From: Selaginella moellendorffii
Lineage: Eukaryota; Plantae; Lycopodiophyta
Direction: 5' to 3'
Assembly: GCF_000143415.4 (NCBI RefSeq)
Contig: NW_003314271.1
Span: 1,322,204-1,386,203 of the forward strand
Length of the DNA: 64,000 nt
The stretch's first letter is position 1; every line of letters begins with the position of its first letter. Made by a program: the position numbers and the translations under genes. Positions 62,050 to 64,000 of this stretch are shown here, piece after piece. The notes under the pieces were generated by a model that was not told the origin of the DNA, did no database searches, and saw only the letters and a program-made list of their open reading frames with translations.

Positions 62050-64000
62050 ACAAGATAGGATATTTCACTACTGATTCTTATTTAAATAAGATCGGACCGT
62101 CCAATCTGTTTGAAGCTCTTCACCGTTCATGATCTGCGCCGTTCCATAAGGCGCAATAATGGCAGATGGAGCCCATATTCTGCGAGTGGCCGAGCGAGAT
62201 TGGAGAACACGGTGATCGTCTCGTGATCTTTCATCGCCTTTCTCATTGTGTTCTACTGCTATGTCGCGATCTAACTAAGTAGCATTCCAATCTTTATCTC
62301 GCAATCTCGATCACGACCAAGATTCATTCATGACAGTAAAACTTCTCTATCAAAATGTTGTCAGCGCTCTCATGTACTTTGCATCTCAAGTTGGCGCCAC
62401 TACATACAAAATCCTAGTAAGAAACATTGTATATGTAATAATACAGTAGAAAAAAATTTCAATTACCTTTGTCAAACCATTAAAAATATATTTGGGACCA
62501 TATACAAGAGCATCGTCCAGGATCTCAAGCATCTGGTGCTGGATGCATCTGGTCGAGACTGGGATCTGTGCGCTCATCAATCCCACAATCAGTTGGATTG
62601 GAAAAACGTCCAGCAATTGTGGAGTGGATCATCTTGTTCAAGCTGCTGGCCGACCTTGCAGTGGAGTGGACCACCTTATTCAAGCTGCATTTGCCGACCT
62701 TGCAGTGGAGATCATGTTGTCATGCAATCCACCAATAATTCAAAGAACACCCCCGCGCCTCCCCAGATTACAGTCTTTGCAGTTTGCTGAACTCCAATCT
62801 CTGAAGAAATCACTCCCAGAAGATAAGGTCCAGTGTACAAAATTCATTTAGTAACCAATGGAATAAAAAAGGAAGTGAAGAAGACTTCCAAGTCTATACA
62901 TGCTTATTGCATTTGACTCCACGCTGATATAAACACTCAACAGCAAAGCCTTGTTCTTCATCATGACCAAGGCAGTCCTGCTGGTGCTTCAGCAAGCTCT
63001 GTCGCCGTGAATGGGGCCACAAACCTCCAATGGCCTAAATGCTCGTGGCCGCCACCACATGTTACAATTGTTTCGTGGGACACAAGGACCCCCATGCTAC
63101 AATGCTTAGCAACTCATGAAAATTCATCATAGCGTTGGATTCACAAATGTGAGCTGAGAAAACTCCAGACATATGAGCGTTCTTCTTATCTCTTGTAAGT
63201 CCAGGCTAAGCAATGTTGCAACATGAGATCGGAGTCAGTTGGTCGACACATCAAGAGGCCCTCTACAACCTGGAATATATCGGAGTCCCTCATGCAACAA
63301 TTTTCAAGAAAATATATTTCAAAGATGTCTACCAAGGCTATTGAGGCTAAAATCTGAAGGCCAAGGGAGGTTGGGAAACTATATATACTAGTTCTTTTGA
63401 TTGTTATAGTTTTGGTACATTGAAAACTGGCACAACTAGATCACTGTCTAGATTTGGAATATAAAAAATTGCTATATTCCACTTTAAGAAGAATTGTGGA
63501 AGTAATTATAAACATCAATCCTTTTGTATGGATCATCATGTCTAATTCAAGAATCTTCACTCAACACTAGACCTTGTAAACTCTGTTTTGTGGTCTATCG
63601 AGTGGAGGGATCAGCTCTCAATGATGAGAGAATTGAGAAACCACTTAGTATAATTTGGCTCCACTGTGGCTAAATGCTCTATTATTGTGTAAGATAATTT
63701 TTTATTTTCACATTGATCACAAATAAAACAGCAAATCTCTCATGACTTCTAACTTGCAGCTAGGGCTTTATACTTCCAGAAGGAGGTGTTCTCATTAATA
63801 TTGCCTCTGCTTGCAAGTTCTTGAGGTGGAGGTGAAGAGCTTAGACCACTTTTGAGCTCACATGTTGAAAAGTTGAGATCATGATTTGAGCTTAAATTTC
63901 AAATGTACTTTAATATAAACATTATAAACATTTAAAAATTAAGGTTCAACCTTATATTTTAACATATTTTTGCATTATATATAAATAAAAATATTTTGAT

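Noticed and set aside
62160-63400. Coding-like region with short ORFs and a ~40-bp duplication
   Set aside because: Probably a decayed gene, but I cannot assign a family or continuous frame.

Overview
Plant nuclear DNA. Lycophyte (Selaginella-like) origin is inferred from ~40-60 nt introns, the PPR style and a Tat element with RNase H upstream of RT. Bases ~1-49,900 are a deep transposon nest, mostly resolvable by target-site duplications (TSDs). A decayed minus-strand chromovirus hosts a non-autonomous LTR element (575-42920). That element hosts a Tat retrotransposon (5591-27814) and a full-length chromovirus (29246-36920). The Tat pol is split by a 13.2-kb DNA transposon (9016-22261; 24-bp TIRs, AAGT TSD, Sola-like transposase), the most interesting object here. 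It carries a divergent multi-exon gene that appears to fuse a ParB-like domain, a degenerate N4/N6 DNA-methylase-like fold and an FCP1/NIF HAD phosphatase-like domain. It is also studded with ~20 copies of a 22-bp palindrome, ATGGCRTG-N6-CAYGCCAT, several inside tiny introns. This suggests an element-encoded protein/cis-site system. A one-ended second copy lies at 38899-42877. Other surprises are two frame-restoring spliceosomal introns in the chromovirus integrase and a 5S-rRNA-bearing (Cassandra-like) solo LTR. Bases ~52,100-62,100 hold three divergent mid-SUN genes interleaved with PPR fragments. All domain calls are by-eye motif recognition, not database results.
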